Source of the DNA: Callorhinchus milii
Taxonomy: Eukaryota
NCBI RefSeq assembly: GCF_018977255.1
Contig: NW_024704742.1
Span: forward strand, 118,050,001 to 118,114,000
Length of the DNA: 64,000 nucleotides
Direction: 5' to 3'
Part shown: in pieces, positions 1 through 12,243 of the stretch
Layout of the letters: each line of letters starts with the position of its first letter
How positions within the stretch are numbered: position 1 is the stretch's first letter
Notes under the pieces: generated by a model
What the model was told of the DNA's origin: nothing
Databases searched by the model: none
Seen by the model: only the letters and a program-made list of their open reading frames with translations
Program-made: the position numbers and the translations under genes

Positions 1-512
1 TTTTCCTTAGCATCGCACCAGATAAGCCCGTTCAGTCATTGGGATGGGGGAAAGCAGAAAAATCATTTTATTTGGAAGTACTCTTAGAATATTGATATAC
101 TGCACAACTCTGCACTGCTTTCACAACCTAAATTCCTAAGCAAGCTGTGTGGGTGCTATGTATCAACACTTCTCCAACACTGAAAGCCTAAGTAACCATT
201 CAGGGACTGTCTTTTGCTGACAGGCAACCAACTAGAAATGGGCCTTCAGACCTGCCAGAGTGGTGTTTAAACCAATGATTTTCTCAATTAAACCATTATA
301 AAAGCTGTATGTTGCCCTGTTGGAGATGGTGAAAAGCACTAAGTAATAACAAGTTTACACGCCGAGTAATTACGATAGCTCTGGGGGTCAAATTGATGTA
401 ATTGGAGATAATCGCGGAAATGCGAAACAGCCATCATCTTCGAAATCGACAGCTTTCTGGCGATTGTAACTGTGCACGCTGAAACCAGCAGCTTTAATGT
501 GCAACTTTCGTA

Positions 513-909
513 GAGTCCTGTAGTGCATTGGTTACAGTACTCACCTTGCAACTGAGAGAACCTGGGTTCAATTCCAGTGCAGGGTGAAAAGTTATGCAAG
601 TTTCCTTACTCCACACATCTCAGCATACCTAGCGGTAAGTAGGAACCCAGTTCCTAGTCAATTGGCGGATCGCTTTTCCGGGGGTCATAACCCCTTCAAA
701 TGGTCAATCAATCCACGACTATTTGTGGGACGCTGCTGTGCACAATCAGCTGCTGCGTTTCACCCACAAAATATACAGTCAATTCAGTTTACAGTATATT
801 CTGTGAAGAGCTTTGAGACATCCAGAAGACGTGAAAAGCGCTATATCAAATGCAAGGATTATTATTATTATTATAATCGCTATATCAAATGCAAAGATTA
901 TTGTTATTA
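513..909 (+). mobile_element. tRNA-derived SINE, long variant, with duplicated 3' tail
   Basis: Head GAGTCCTGTAG with B box GGTTCAATTCC; core CTGTGCACAATCAGCTGC; the tail CGCTATATCAAATGCAAGGATTATT occurs twice. Confidence 0.9.
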
Positions 910-2110
910 ACACAGAAAAATCAGGAAAAGTTTATAGCATTTTAAAATGCTGGAAGAATTCTATCACAGGCATCTTCCATGTGCAAAGCTAACGGTTTGT
1001 TTACAAGCAGGTTATGAGGGCACAGGACATTGACTTTTACAAATATACATTTATGGAGTACAGCATCAGTGGACTGATAAACTGAGTTGATTCTGCAGGG
1101 GACGTTAGCCTATATAATAGGTGCAATGTAAATGTGCCACATTTCATGCAGCAATTCTGAGCCTTATGATAACATCTTCTGTCTTCCTAAAGTAAATATT
1201 CTACAGTTCACTGTCTATATAACTGATATATACGCATCTCCAGTAACTTCAACAGTTATATAGACAGCTGCCTGCAGTGAAGTGTACAATATGTTCTCTA
1301 GAAATGCAATGATATTACAATTGCAGGATTGCTAGATGAATCGTGGGAGAATCAGTAGTGAAATATGGTACATTCATATTGCACCCAGTAAATACAGCAG
1401 AACTCTTGTCATAAATGTTGCTGGTAAATTGGGTATGACAAAGTGTTAAACAAATGAAGGGTAAATTTTTTTTTTAAAAACCTGAATAAGATGTATAGTA
1501 AAGAAGGAAGTTTTTTTTTGCACACATTTAGATGTGAAGATATAACATTTTAAATATTCACATTATCTTGTGCATCAAACTCAATTTTCACTCACAAAAT
1601 AATCAATTCACTTTATAGTATATATTCTGTGAAGCAATTTGAGACATCTTGAAGACGTGATAAGGCTCTATATCAAATGGAAGGATTATTATTTTATTTT
1701 TAAAGCCATTTTCCAATATATACATTAACTCTAGTGCATATGGTTAATCAGCCATCAGCATTTCTGAGTAAAGCTGATTCGTTAAAGCAGTAGCTTTGTT
1801 TACTAAGGAAAATGTGCTAATAACAAGGGTGGTTTAATTATCATGCCATGAATGTTCTGAGGTGTCTCTATAGTTCACCAGCCTCAATAATCCTCCAGGT
1901 TTTAAATCCAATAAAATCAAATGAGTGAGAAAAGCCATCAGCCTGTAAAAGTCAAAAGACATGCCATCTCATCTACAGAGAAACCGACCATTTCCATGTC
2001 TAGGCTGACAGAGCTGTCTGTGCCAGGGATAGCACTGTACCGTTTGATTTATGGTATAATAGTGTGACAAATGATGACAAAAATAAACTTTTACTGCAGT
2101 GAACTGCTCC

Positions 2111-2116
2111 TTTATT
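2111..2116 (-). terminator. Candidate AP3B1 polyadenylation signal (AATAAA)
   Basis: AATAAA on the minus strand followed by a U/GU-rich stretch (AAGTTTATTTTTGTCATCATTTGTC). A second AATAAA lies at 2329-2334. Confidence 0.45.
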
Positions 2117-4079
2117 TATGAAATTTTGCCAAGTACTGAAATCTTTTATCTGCAAGTTGTACATGGAGTGGAAACGAGCGATTATGGTGCAGTAATAGTA
2201 ATACAGTGATGGAGGCACAGTCCACTGTAAATGGATTGTGGTAAAATAACTACCGCACCATGATAAATGTGAACACTGCTTTGCTGACAGATGATCTAAC
2301 AGGTGTTCATAACAACTATATAAGAGGATTTATTTATGACTGGCTACAGCCGCAGTACTGTAAATCAACTGAAGCAGCTGTACACCAACAAACACAAGTC
2401 CCCGATGTAACAACTACACTAGAAAACAGGGAAAAATACTGTTTGGAATCCTAATCATCAAATAATTACAGTGCACACCCCAAACCCAATTTAGCTCTCA
2501 GCACTGAAGAAGCATTCTGAAATAGGAGCTGGTTTAACCATTTGGAAATCTAATAAGCTCACTTTTACATTTTACCTCTGAAGCAAATGTAGGAGGAAGA
2601 GACGAACAACATTACCAGTACCTCCAAATGCTGTTGGTGGCTATTCTCGGTAGATTTACAATAGTAATTGAAGAACTGGCACATAATCAGGATTAAGATG
2701 CATACAAGCTGTTCGACAAGCACCAGCTTCCTGCTTTTACTTTGAAGTAGAGAAGCTACCAACAGGATTTGTAATATTTTCCCCTCCTGATTTCTAATGG
2801 AAAAAAATGGTAATTTTAGTACAAACAATACTCCCCCACCCCCACCCCACATGCACACACACATATAAGGGAAAGATGATCTGTAAAGAAATCCCATTTT
2901 GAAACAATGCAAATAGTGGATTTTTGAATCGATGAAAGCTCCGATAATCAGCAGTGATAGCTTAAACAAACAGCACTTCTTGGCATGTCTGCAGCGAAAT
3001 GCTTTATCGTCAGTGCAAATACTAAAAGGGGGAATTTACAGCTCTTACTGAGATCATGATTTATATACGTTACAAAATCAGAGGGAGGAAAGAGTAGAAG
3101 GACAGTTCTGTCTCTTGTATTCTTTCATGTCCCATCCCACTGCCCAACGAGCCCTTTACAGGTCTACACAATGTCAACTCCCACACCAACCTTTGGAAAG
3201 TGTATGAGAACAGACTTGAAGATAATTTCTCCCATGTAAAGGGAGGGGTGTAAGTCCTTCCTATCTCAAATCCTCAAGTGAGATTGAGAGATCAACACTT
3301 GCCAGATTGCGGAGTCGACGCAGCTTTAATGCACACAGAAGTATTGGGTTGAGAGTCCTATGATCCAACTGGCTAAAAGGAGATTGTGTAAATGTAAAAG
3401 CATGTAGTGTTCAATGATTTTTTTGGCAATACAGATATTTCTCTTTGGATGAACTTTACCTGCTTTTTTTAAAATTGGATACAACCAGTAATTCACAGAT
3501 TCCATTCATTTGGGCAGCTGGTAAGGTCTGGAGAATATTCCACCACTAATGATTTTACCAGCTGACAACATTCCAGTTTTTCTTCCAAAACACAACTAAG
3601 GTAACAGTTATACACACGGATATTATTTTTGTGCATTTATAATCAACATTTTATGTCAAAGACTTCGGACATGAAACACCACAGGGCTGAAAAGGATAAA
3701 AAGAAGGTCCTCCACACATCTTGGAAGTAAATTTAAGGAGAACAAAAGGTATAATGTTCCAGCAATATATTAATGCACATTTTTCAACAGCTATTCAACT
3801 CAGCGAATACCTTAGTACACATCAAAATAGGACAACAGATTTGGCAAAATCTCTAAAGTCAAGAGTTCAGATTTAGGCAAGGGACTTTGTTGGTAATGAT
3901 ATGCAAAAGAATACGGATTGCAGCATTGTATATAACAGCATTTCAAAGCAAGAGACAAGATTGTCGGTACAGAGTTTTCACTTCACAGCTGGATGGAAAG
4001 GATTTGACTATAATAACTATAGTATTGATGAAGGCAATAGCAGTGAGAGCTCAGCTGGCCTGGTTCCAGGGGTATCCGG

Positions 4080-4233
4080 TCACTCCTGAGACAGCACAGA
4101 TTTTAGTTCCCGCAGCAGCACTGAGCCAATCACAGTTTTTTCCGTGTTTACGCTAAGCTGAACTGTCGACCCTTCCTTCACTTCTATTGTGATCAGCACC
4201 AATGCCCCACTGCTCACAGTTTTAGCTGCAAAC
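4080..4233 (-). CDS. AP3B1: AP3B1 terminal coding exon with TGA stop
   Basis: ttttcag|G TTT GCA...CAG GAG TGA. Encodes RFAAKTVSSGALVLITIEVKEGSTVQLSVNTEKTVIGSVLLRELKSVLSQE*. This C-terminus resembles beta3A (AP3B1) rather than beta3B. Confidence 0.97.
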
Positions 4234-4980
4234 CTGAAAAACAAATCATGTGATTAAAAAAGCTAATTAAAATGATTTCACCAGATACATTCATCTCTAT
4301 ATTGATACAACATGCACAATATAGAAAGCTAGCATCACTTTTACTGTCAAGATGGGAACAATGGTGCAACCAGTTTATTTCATTAGCGAGGATGTTAATA
4401 GTTGTGTTCAATTAATAGTTGTGTTCAAAGACCTTCCTCTGTGACCATGCCTATGGTCACCTTCCCTTGCTCACCAGCTCTGCATCGAGCTCCACCATTG
4501 CAAAGCTCTCCGAGACTCTACCCTGTGTGAGGGGCACAATATAAATGCAAATTGTTGTTGTTCAAAATGGATTAAACAAATTACATCCATATATTGCTAT
4601 TGTACATTGAACCTACCTGTAGAATATATTTTCCATATTGAAGCTACATACATATTCTCATCCACAGAGCTGTGTCATGGTCCAGGCTGAGACAGTGCCT
4701 TGTAGCCAAGGCACTGCCTGCAATGAAGTGAGGACGAGATCGAGAGAAATTCTCTTCCTCTCATCCTCTTTGTTAATGTTAAGGTACAGTATTAATCAAA
4801 CAAGTTCTATGCATTCCCGACCCCATTATAACTTTTTTAAAAAAAACTCAGGCTTCAGACGTAGGTGAATGTTAATGCGAGGATTTATTGCCAGCTTCTA
4901 GTTGTCCTAAGAAGCTGGTGATGGCCTTTCTCTTCACACTGCTGCAGTCCCTGTAGTGATAATGCTCCCCAAATTAACAT

Positions 4981-5190
4981 TATAATAATAATCCTTGCAT
5001 TTGATATAGGGCTTTTCACTTCTTTTAGACGTCTCAAAGTGCTTCACAGAACATACTGATAAGTGAATTTTTGACTGTATATTTGCGGGCGAAATGCAGC
5101 AGCCAATTGCGCACAGCAGGGTCACACAAACAGTCCTGGATTGAAGTGACCAATTTATTACTGTTTTTTTTTCTTGAGGGATTATTATTA
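4981..5190 (-). mobile_element. 5'-truncated tRNA-SINE
   Basis: Reverse complement of the SINE core and its (TTA)n tail. Confidence 0.85.
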
Positions 5191-6895
5191 GGCCTAAATT
5201 GGTTTGAAAGGTGAAGATCCAGACTCTGGTCAAGTCAGAGAAGCAAATGGTTCTGGCGGTGTAAGACATCGCTACTACAGACAACAGCTGGAGAAATGCA
5301 GTGGATTTCAAGTTTGAAATGGATCAGTTAGCTGTGAAAGCTCTACAGTTGAATATTATAGAGACATTCAACCGATGGGCTCGAAATCCATGCATATTTC
5401 TCAACATTGCCCCTTCTTTCCCATTCCAGTTTCTATTATCAACCTGGTTTTCAACATAGCTAGATGATTTGTGTTATTGAATATTCTGAAATTCGAGGTA
5501 AATGAAATCCATTGGATTGCCCTGCTCCACCAATTTAATGACTCAAAGAATGTAGTAAACTTGCTTCTAACACCATACTGACTACTCTTTATGGCCTGTG
5601 CATTCTTAACTTTACATGTACACTGACTACATCCCATAAAAAGCACTGAAGCATCTTTCCCCACTACAGATGTCAGGATAACTGGTCTATAATTTCTAGG
5701 TTCACATCTTACCTTTTTTATACATTGAGTGAGTATTCACCATCTCCAGTCCTCAGGTGTAGCTTCGAAATTGATGGAAATGCTAAAAATATTAACCCTT
5801 GAATCACCATGGTCAAGTTCACTTGACAAATGCTAAGTACTTATAGACTTCGTTGTGAAATTTATTTTTTAAATAAACTTTCTACTTCCTTTAAGACTTC
5901 CATTTGCCAATCCACATATGGAGGTCTGCTATATTTTTTCTAAAACTCTTTTTAATTCCAGTTGATAGTGTGCGCTCTTGTGTATTGAATTTTTATGTTG
6001 TTTAATAAAGCCATTAAAATAATTTTGGTTTATTTAACTATAAAACAGAAATAAATGTAATATTTCTGACTTCTGAAGTGTAGCTAGTAGTCTACAGGAT
6101 AATTTATGAACAAGGATCATGTTATTAGATCTGAAAAGAGCACACTATTTGAAACTAGGCACAATGATTGACAAATTAGTCAATGAAAAATAAGATGTGG
6201 AACACAAAGCAGAAGCAAAAAAGGGCAAGAACATCTAAAATGATTTACTTGGATTTAAATCTGTTTCGTATTTTAGGGGCAAGAGTTTACATTAAGATAG
6301 CCTAATATTGGAGTTGTTTTATTATCATAATATTAATGTTTTGCAGCATCAGAGTACATTAGCTGAAAATGTAGAGAGTTGGTTAATCCACAGAGAAGAG
6401 TCTCATTAGTCCTGTCAGCAGCCTATTGCGGTGAACTAGACACTGCCTATTTTCCTTGATATTTCCAGGCCTAATTTGATCCAGTTGATTCTTAGACATT
6501 CAATTCCGAGAATCTCTTCCTAATACCCGTATGCTTCTCCTGATGCTTCTACCTACATTATAGCGCGTGAAGTAAAACAACACGGTCCAGATTTCATCTG
6601 GGAATAATTCATTTTCGTGATCAACTATGATGTTCTTTCCTTCTCATTGTTCTTGATACAAATAATCCTTGCATTTGATACAGCGCCTTTCACATCACAA
6701 CTCTCTGAGAGCCAAAAAACATTACTCAGCAACGCTGACAAAGTGTTGGCCTTTTGCTCTTCTAATCTAGCTTAATCAGAAGAAGGCACAAATGATTAGG
6801 AAATCTTGGATTTTTAAAAATATATAAAATTCAGTTGATTTAAATCATCCAAACCAAAATTAATATGAGCAGTTAGCCACCAGGAGTAATGCACA

Positions 6896-7135
6896 AAAAT
6901 AAAAAACACAAGTTACTGGGAACACGCAGCAGATCAGGCATTATCTATGGAGAGAGAAAAGTGAGTTAACATTTCAGGTCCTTTCGTCAGAACTGTGTCA
7001 GAGGTTTGATGAAAGGTCATCGACCTGAAACATTAACTCACCTTCCTCTCGCCATAGATGATACCTGACCTGTTGCGTGTTCCCAGCGACTCTGGTTTTT
7101 ATTTCAGATTTCCAGCATCTGCAGTATTTTGCCTT
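6896..7135. mobile_element. Palindromic Penelope-type non-autonomous element with degenerate hammerhead ribozyme motifs
   Basis: Inverted arms of about 95 bp; TSD GGAGTAATGCACA at 6883-6895 and 7136-7148; (C/T)TGAYGA...GAAA cores on both strands. Confidence 0.75.
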
Positions 7136-7434
7136 GGAGTAATGCACATCTGTGTTCTACAATTTTGATAAATTATTTGCACAACTGAAATTTGAAATAT
7201 GCAACTCATAAACAGCAATAACCAGTGGTTTTATTCTGATACTTTTGCATTGTGTAGTCCTGATTTCAGCTGTGCCATCAGAGGTGTCAAGTGAAGGCCA
7301 ACTTCTTCAATACAGAGAGGGAACGAACTGGAGGGTCAATCACCGCCAGACATTCAAAGTTATCTTTCATCAGCTTCCATAAACAGAGGTCTAACACAGC
7401 CCACTGGCTTTGGAAAATCAACAGTGCGAGGAAA

Positions 7435-7842
7435 TTATTCTGTGAAGCGCTTTGAGACGTCTAGAAGACATGAAAAGCGCTAAATCAAATGCAAGGATTA
7501 TTTATTATATTATATTAACAAAACAGTAAAGGAGATAATCAAATTACAACAATTAAAAGCAACACAATATTTTCCCCTGAAATGTTTAAACTAATGTTGG
7601 GTGGCACTATTATTCAATGATGAAAATAAAAATAACCAAAATACTCATGTGGTATGAATGCAATAAACCAATAATAATTTAGTCACTCAATTTTTGACTA
7701 TTTGTGGGAAGCTGCTGTGCGTAATTGACTGCCACGTTTGCCCACAAATGTAGAGTCAGTTCACTTTACAGTACATTCTATGAAGCGCACTGAGACGTCT
7801 CAATGACGTGAAAAGCGCTATATCAAAGGATTATTATTATTA
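7435..7842 (+). mobile_element. Two SINE 3' fragments (~7435-7510 and ~7670-7842)
   Basis: Both carry the GTGAAGCGC...GAGACGTC...GAAAAGCGC...GGATTATT tail. Confidence 0.8.
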
Positions 7843-9473
7843 GTAGATCTTTCAGTGATAGCACAAGGAAATGTGATAATGATCAGCAAATAAGAGTTTC
7901 AACCAGACTCCAGTGGCTTATCGACAAAGAAAATGCAGCAAACGCCATTTCTAATACTGTTCATAAAGGCTACATAATGCAAGCTGAGGATTACATTAGG
8001 ATTTTGTTCAAATCTTCTGTGAAGCTGTCAAACATAAATCTGAACTTTGGTTTTGCTTCATTCCTCAACTGAAGACTGGTTGCAAGGCATACCTGCTAGA
8101 AGAATACAGCAAACTTTTTTTATTTTGAGCCTAATCTTGCACAACTGAATTCCAAGACACTGGAAATCTGTTAATTACATGGAATTAAAAGCCAAACTGT
8201 CCTCTTCAGCATTGTAATTGACTAAAAAGCCATTTGAGCCACAATAGACTCCTGTCAATCCTGCTAATTCTTTCTGCATGCAAAGCAAGACCCCGGGGGA
8301 GCCGAGTGAAAGCACAGCACAGTGGCCGCAGCCACTCGCCTCCCCCAACCAGAGAATCTCACTTTTTTGTTACTGCAAAACAAAAAACTTGTCGCACATG
8401 GTCTTTTGAAAACACTAACCAGTGTAGAGCGGTCCCTGACCTGCAGTGACCCCACTCTGCGGGCCGATCTCATTTTCCCTTTTCTGAATGACACGTGTCT
8501 GAATCGGAGCCATCTGCCTCAATTTGCGCAACATCTTTAGTCACAATAGGTCCCGGTTAGCCCTGACAACAGCTCACAATGCTTCAGCATAAAACACCAC
8601 CGGGCTGACAGCACGCTGTCGGTTATTCAACAGCGAACCAACTGGTCAGTGTCTCATGTCTGACAATTAGCGCGGGCCTTACACAGTGCCTGTGGGAGTC
8701 CTCGGGGAACTGCTTAATTATCATCACCATAAGAGAGGGAGTTTATCAGGAGATAATCAAAAACTTTCTCTTCAGACATAATTAGAATATTAGTTACTTA
8801 AGCAGGAAACAGATTCTCCTTAAATGAGGTGCGATTTTCTTCAGAACAGTTTACCATAGCAACGTGCTGTGTATTGTTCTGAAATTTAAACCTAAATCTG
8901 GAAGAACAAGAGAAATTAGTACTTTTTTTTGCAACCAAGGAACCTTTGTTTCATTTATTATAACATTTGGCAAGATTTCAAAGCAGACTAATGCTGTAAT
9001 CTGCTGCAGGATTACATTTCAAATTTAAAGCCACTGAGGATACATTCATAGTTAAACAACAACTCCTTGGGCTCTTCCATTTCAAATGACTCATTATATC
9101 CCAGCTTGAATATTATCAACAGTATTTCAATCTACTCAATGTACCAGGCAAGAGGTCTCCATTACTCTGGTTAATGCATCCACTAGAATTTTATTTTATC
9201 TCCTGAACAACTAAAATCCTGCAGAAATCAGTGTGCCAGCTGGGAGGAAGACTGTCAATAATGCTCATCTTTTTTTATTCAATTAAGAGTTATTCACGTT
9301 ACAGCTTGGAGCCATGCTTCCCCCCGCCCCCCTCAAGAACAACACAATGTGACATCAACTAAGAATAAACAGATCCAAGTTTAATGATTAGTGGGCTATG
9401 GCCCTGAGGCTTGTCTCGTACCAGTTTAGCTTAAAAGGTGAAGTCGAGTGCGATCAGGACAGTTTACAATTGT

Positions 9474-9584
9474 TTCGCCCACAAAACATAGTCAATTCAC
9501 TTTACAGAATATTGCGTGATGCGTTTTGAGACATCTAGAAGACGTGATAAGGCGCTATATCAAAACGCAAGGATTATTATTATT
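9474..9584 (+). mobile_element. SINE 3' fragment
   Basis: Matches the SINE tail consensus seen in the full-length copies. Confidence 0.8.
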
Positions 9585-12224
9585 TCTGGTACATCTTCAA
9601 TCCATTTCTGCCATTTCTTGACTGTTTTTGAAATTTGAGCCATTGAACCAGTTCCCTCAATAAACAAGATGTGCTCACTGTAACACACTGGTTGCCTGTT
9701 TTACTGGACATCAAATCCACCTTAATTTGAATCTTGCAGCTCATCCACACATTACATTTGTATACAACAAGATTTTTGAAAAAGCTTTTTTAAAAAATCT
9801 AATGTTAATTGCAAAGAATAATTATGTTTTGCAGAGGGGAAAAACACTGAGTAAGTCTCTCTATTTGTCCGTCTCTATTTTTAGATAAGCAAGACAACAA
9901 CTACTGTACTTGTCTTTATAAAGTGTTGTCCACGCAGGATAACATCTCAGACAAGTTCCATTGTATAAGTTACATTATTATTTTAACAGGTCATAGTTTC
10001 AAAGAAAATGCACAAATGCCTGTCTGAATAAATGGTAACCCATATGTTCGCCTACAAATACACCATCACTTCACAGCAAAAACGCTTGAAGAAGTTTAAC
10101 ATTACTTGATGATGTGATAAGGCACTTTACAAAATGCAAGAATTAACATTATTGAATTGTTTGTATATAAATTTGCTTTGTTGATTTAGGAACAAAGGGT
10201 CAAATTTTATTTTTTTTAAATACCACATATGCACAAGCTACCAATTTATGTTTTTTTTATAACTTTTCAATAAAAATCAAGAAACTTCGAACTGTCTAGT
10301 TTTCAGTCATTACTCATATTATCTTATTGCCCAATATATAAATTCTTATTTTGTCCAAGGCACTTCATTTTAAACTGTTGTTGCTCACTCATATTTCTCA
10401 TGCCTTTACTTTTACAGTAATTACAGAGTTTGAAAGTAATCTATCAAAGTCTCCACTTCAAGATCCTTATTGATGTACAAGGCCATGACTTAAGCTTCAA
10501 ATGCTCAATGTCAAAACGTGGATAATAGAATAGGATAAACTGCAAACATTGAGAATTTATGATCAAGATGCATCTTTTCTGCTTTCCCTTCATTTAAGGT
10601 CTCCCATTGTTTTCATTTCCTTCCCCTCACCCCCATCCCTCCCTTCAGTTAGGATTTGAGACAGTCTGGGCTCCCTATATATAAGACCAGCTTTTAGGGC
10701 ATGCTGTGCAGTGCCTCATCCAGCAAGCCAGCTGAGAACAGGCACAACTCATTCAATGAGAACAGGCAAGTGAATGTCAGTCAAAGCTGGGATTTGAACT
10801 GGTGACCTGATGGATTGGCAGTCTAACATTTTATTACCTTCCCCTCACTAAGAAATACACAGACCACTAGAAGCCACATAAAAACAGAATCGCTATATTT
10901 CTAGTGTTATGCTTAATATCTTCTTTTGTACATAAAGTGGTTAAATATTGTCCTCCTTTATGCTGGTGTGTAAGATGTAAAGCTCCATCAAGTGAATCAG
11001 ACTTGCAGTCATAAACATAGCATTTATAAAAACTGACAAAACTGCTTTAGCCCATCAAAAGGTGGACAGTTCACTTCGTAACACTCAAGATATCATATTC
11101 ATGTTTGACAAATCTGTGTGTAATGCTAAACCTGAACTCATGTTTTACATTAAATACGACTACTTGCCAGCTGTAGTATTTTCTTGCACAAATTTTACTA
11201 ACAGTTGGCCTTTAAAGCAGCGAGTTTCAACTAATATCATTTAGGAAACCATGCCTTTTTACATTCCAACTATCCATGAATTTCTAAGTCTTTTAGATTT
11301 TGAAATATACATTAAAGGACACTAAGAATTTTGTTCCAGCGCTTTTGGTTTATAGCATCTCCTGTCTCTGAATCTATTCCCTCACTTCACTATTTGTTGG
11401 CTACTAACAGCTGTGGCAATGATCCACTCGGGGCAACACTTTTTTTTACATGAATCCTTCAATTACCGACTGCTGAAGCAGACACAATCCTATTAGCAAG
11501 AAAGACGATCGCAGGATGCATTGCCCTGCCCTAGTTGTACAAAAATAATTAGCCCAAAGTTGACAAATGTTGAATGAAACCACACAAAGGCTGCATGCAA
11601 GACGAGCAGCTTTATGAAAGAGGGAGCCCAGAGTAATGAACGGGCTGTGCTGTCTGCAACAGAATTAAATGGAGCTGGAAGAAACTTACAGAAGAGTCCT
11701 GCTGAGAAATGTCATGATTTAAAACATTTGTACAAACATTAAATATAGGCTATGAAGTCTTATAATTTGGAATGAGCAAAATTAGTTTGAACAAATTATG
11801 TTTCGCAACAAAGATAGCACTATATTACAAAAACTTCATACATCAACAAAGTTTCCAAATCTGCAATTCTTCAATTCCATGTTTGTTATCAAAAACATCC
11901 AGTTTTATTTATTGACGTGTTTTTATTTGCAAAGATTCTCAGGAATTTACAAAATACCAACACTTCAATATTTCCAAATAAATTGATTTTTAGAAGAATT
12001 TAAAAAAACAATTGTTCTGTTGTATTTCTTACTAAATTAATTGCTGTTCATTTACATCAATAGAAACATTCATATATCATTCATTTACAAAATAAAATTT
12101 AAACCTGGGAAAATGTAGAGCAATTTTACTACATTTAAAAGAACAAAACTGGTATCATTTCAAAACCACTGTTGCAACAGAATTAAATTCTGAAATCTAA
12201 AACCTTCAACAGAAACAGAAGTAG

Positions 12225-12243
12225 TGTTGCCCCCTAGTGGTTC
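12225..12243 (-). promoter_or_regulatory. Candidate CTCF site
   Basis: The minus strand reads AACCACTAGGGGGCAACAC, a close match to the core CCACYAGRKGGCR. Confidence 0.55.
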
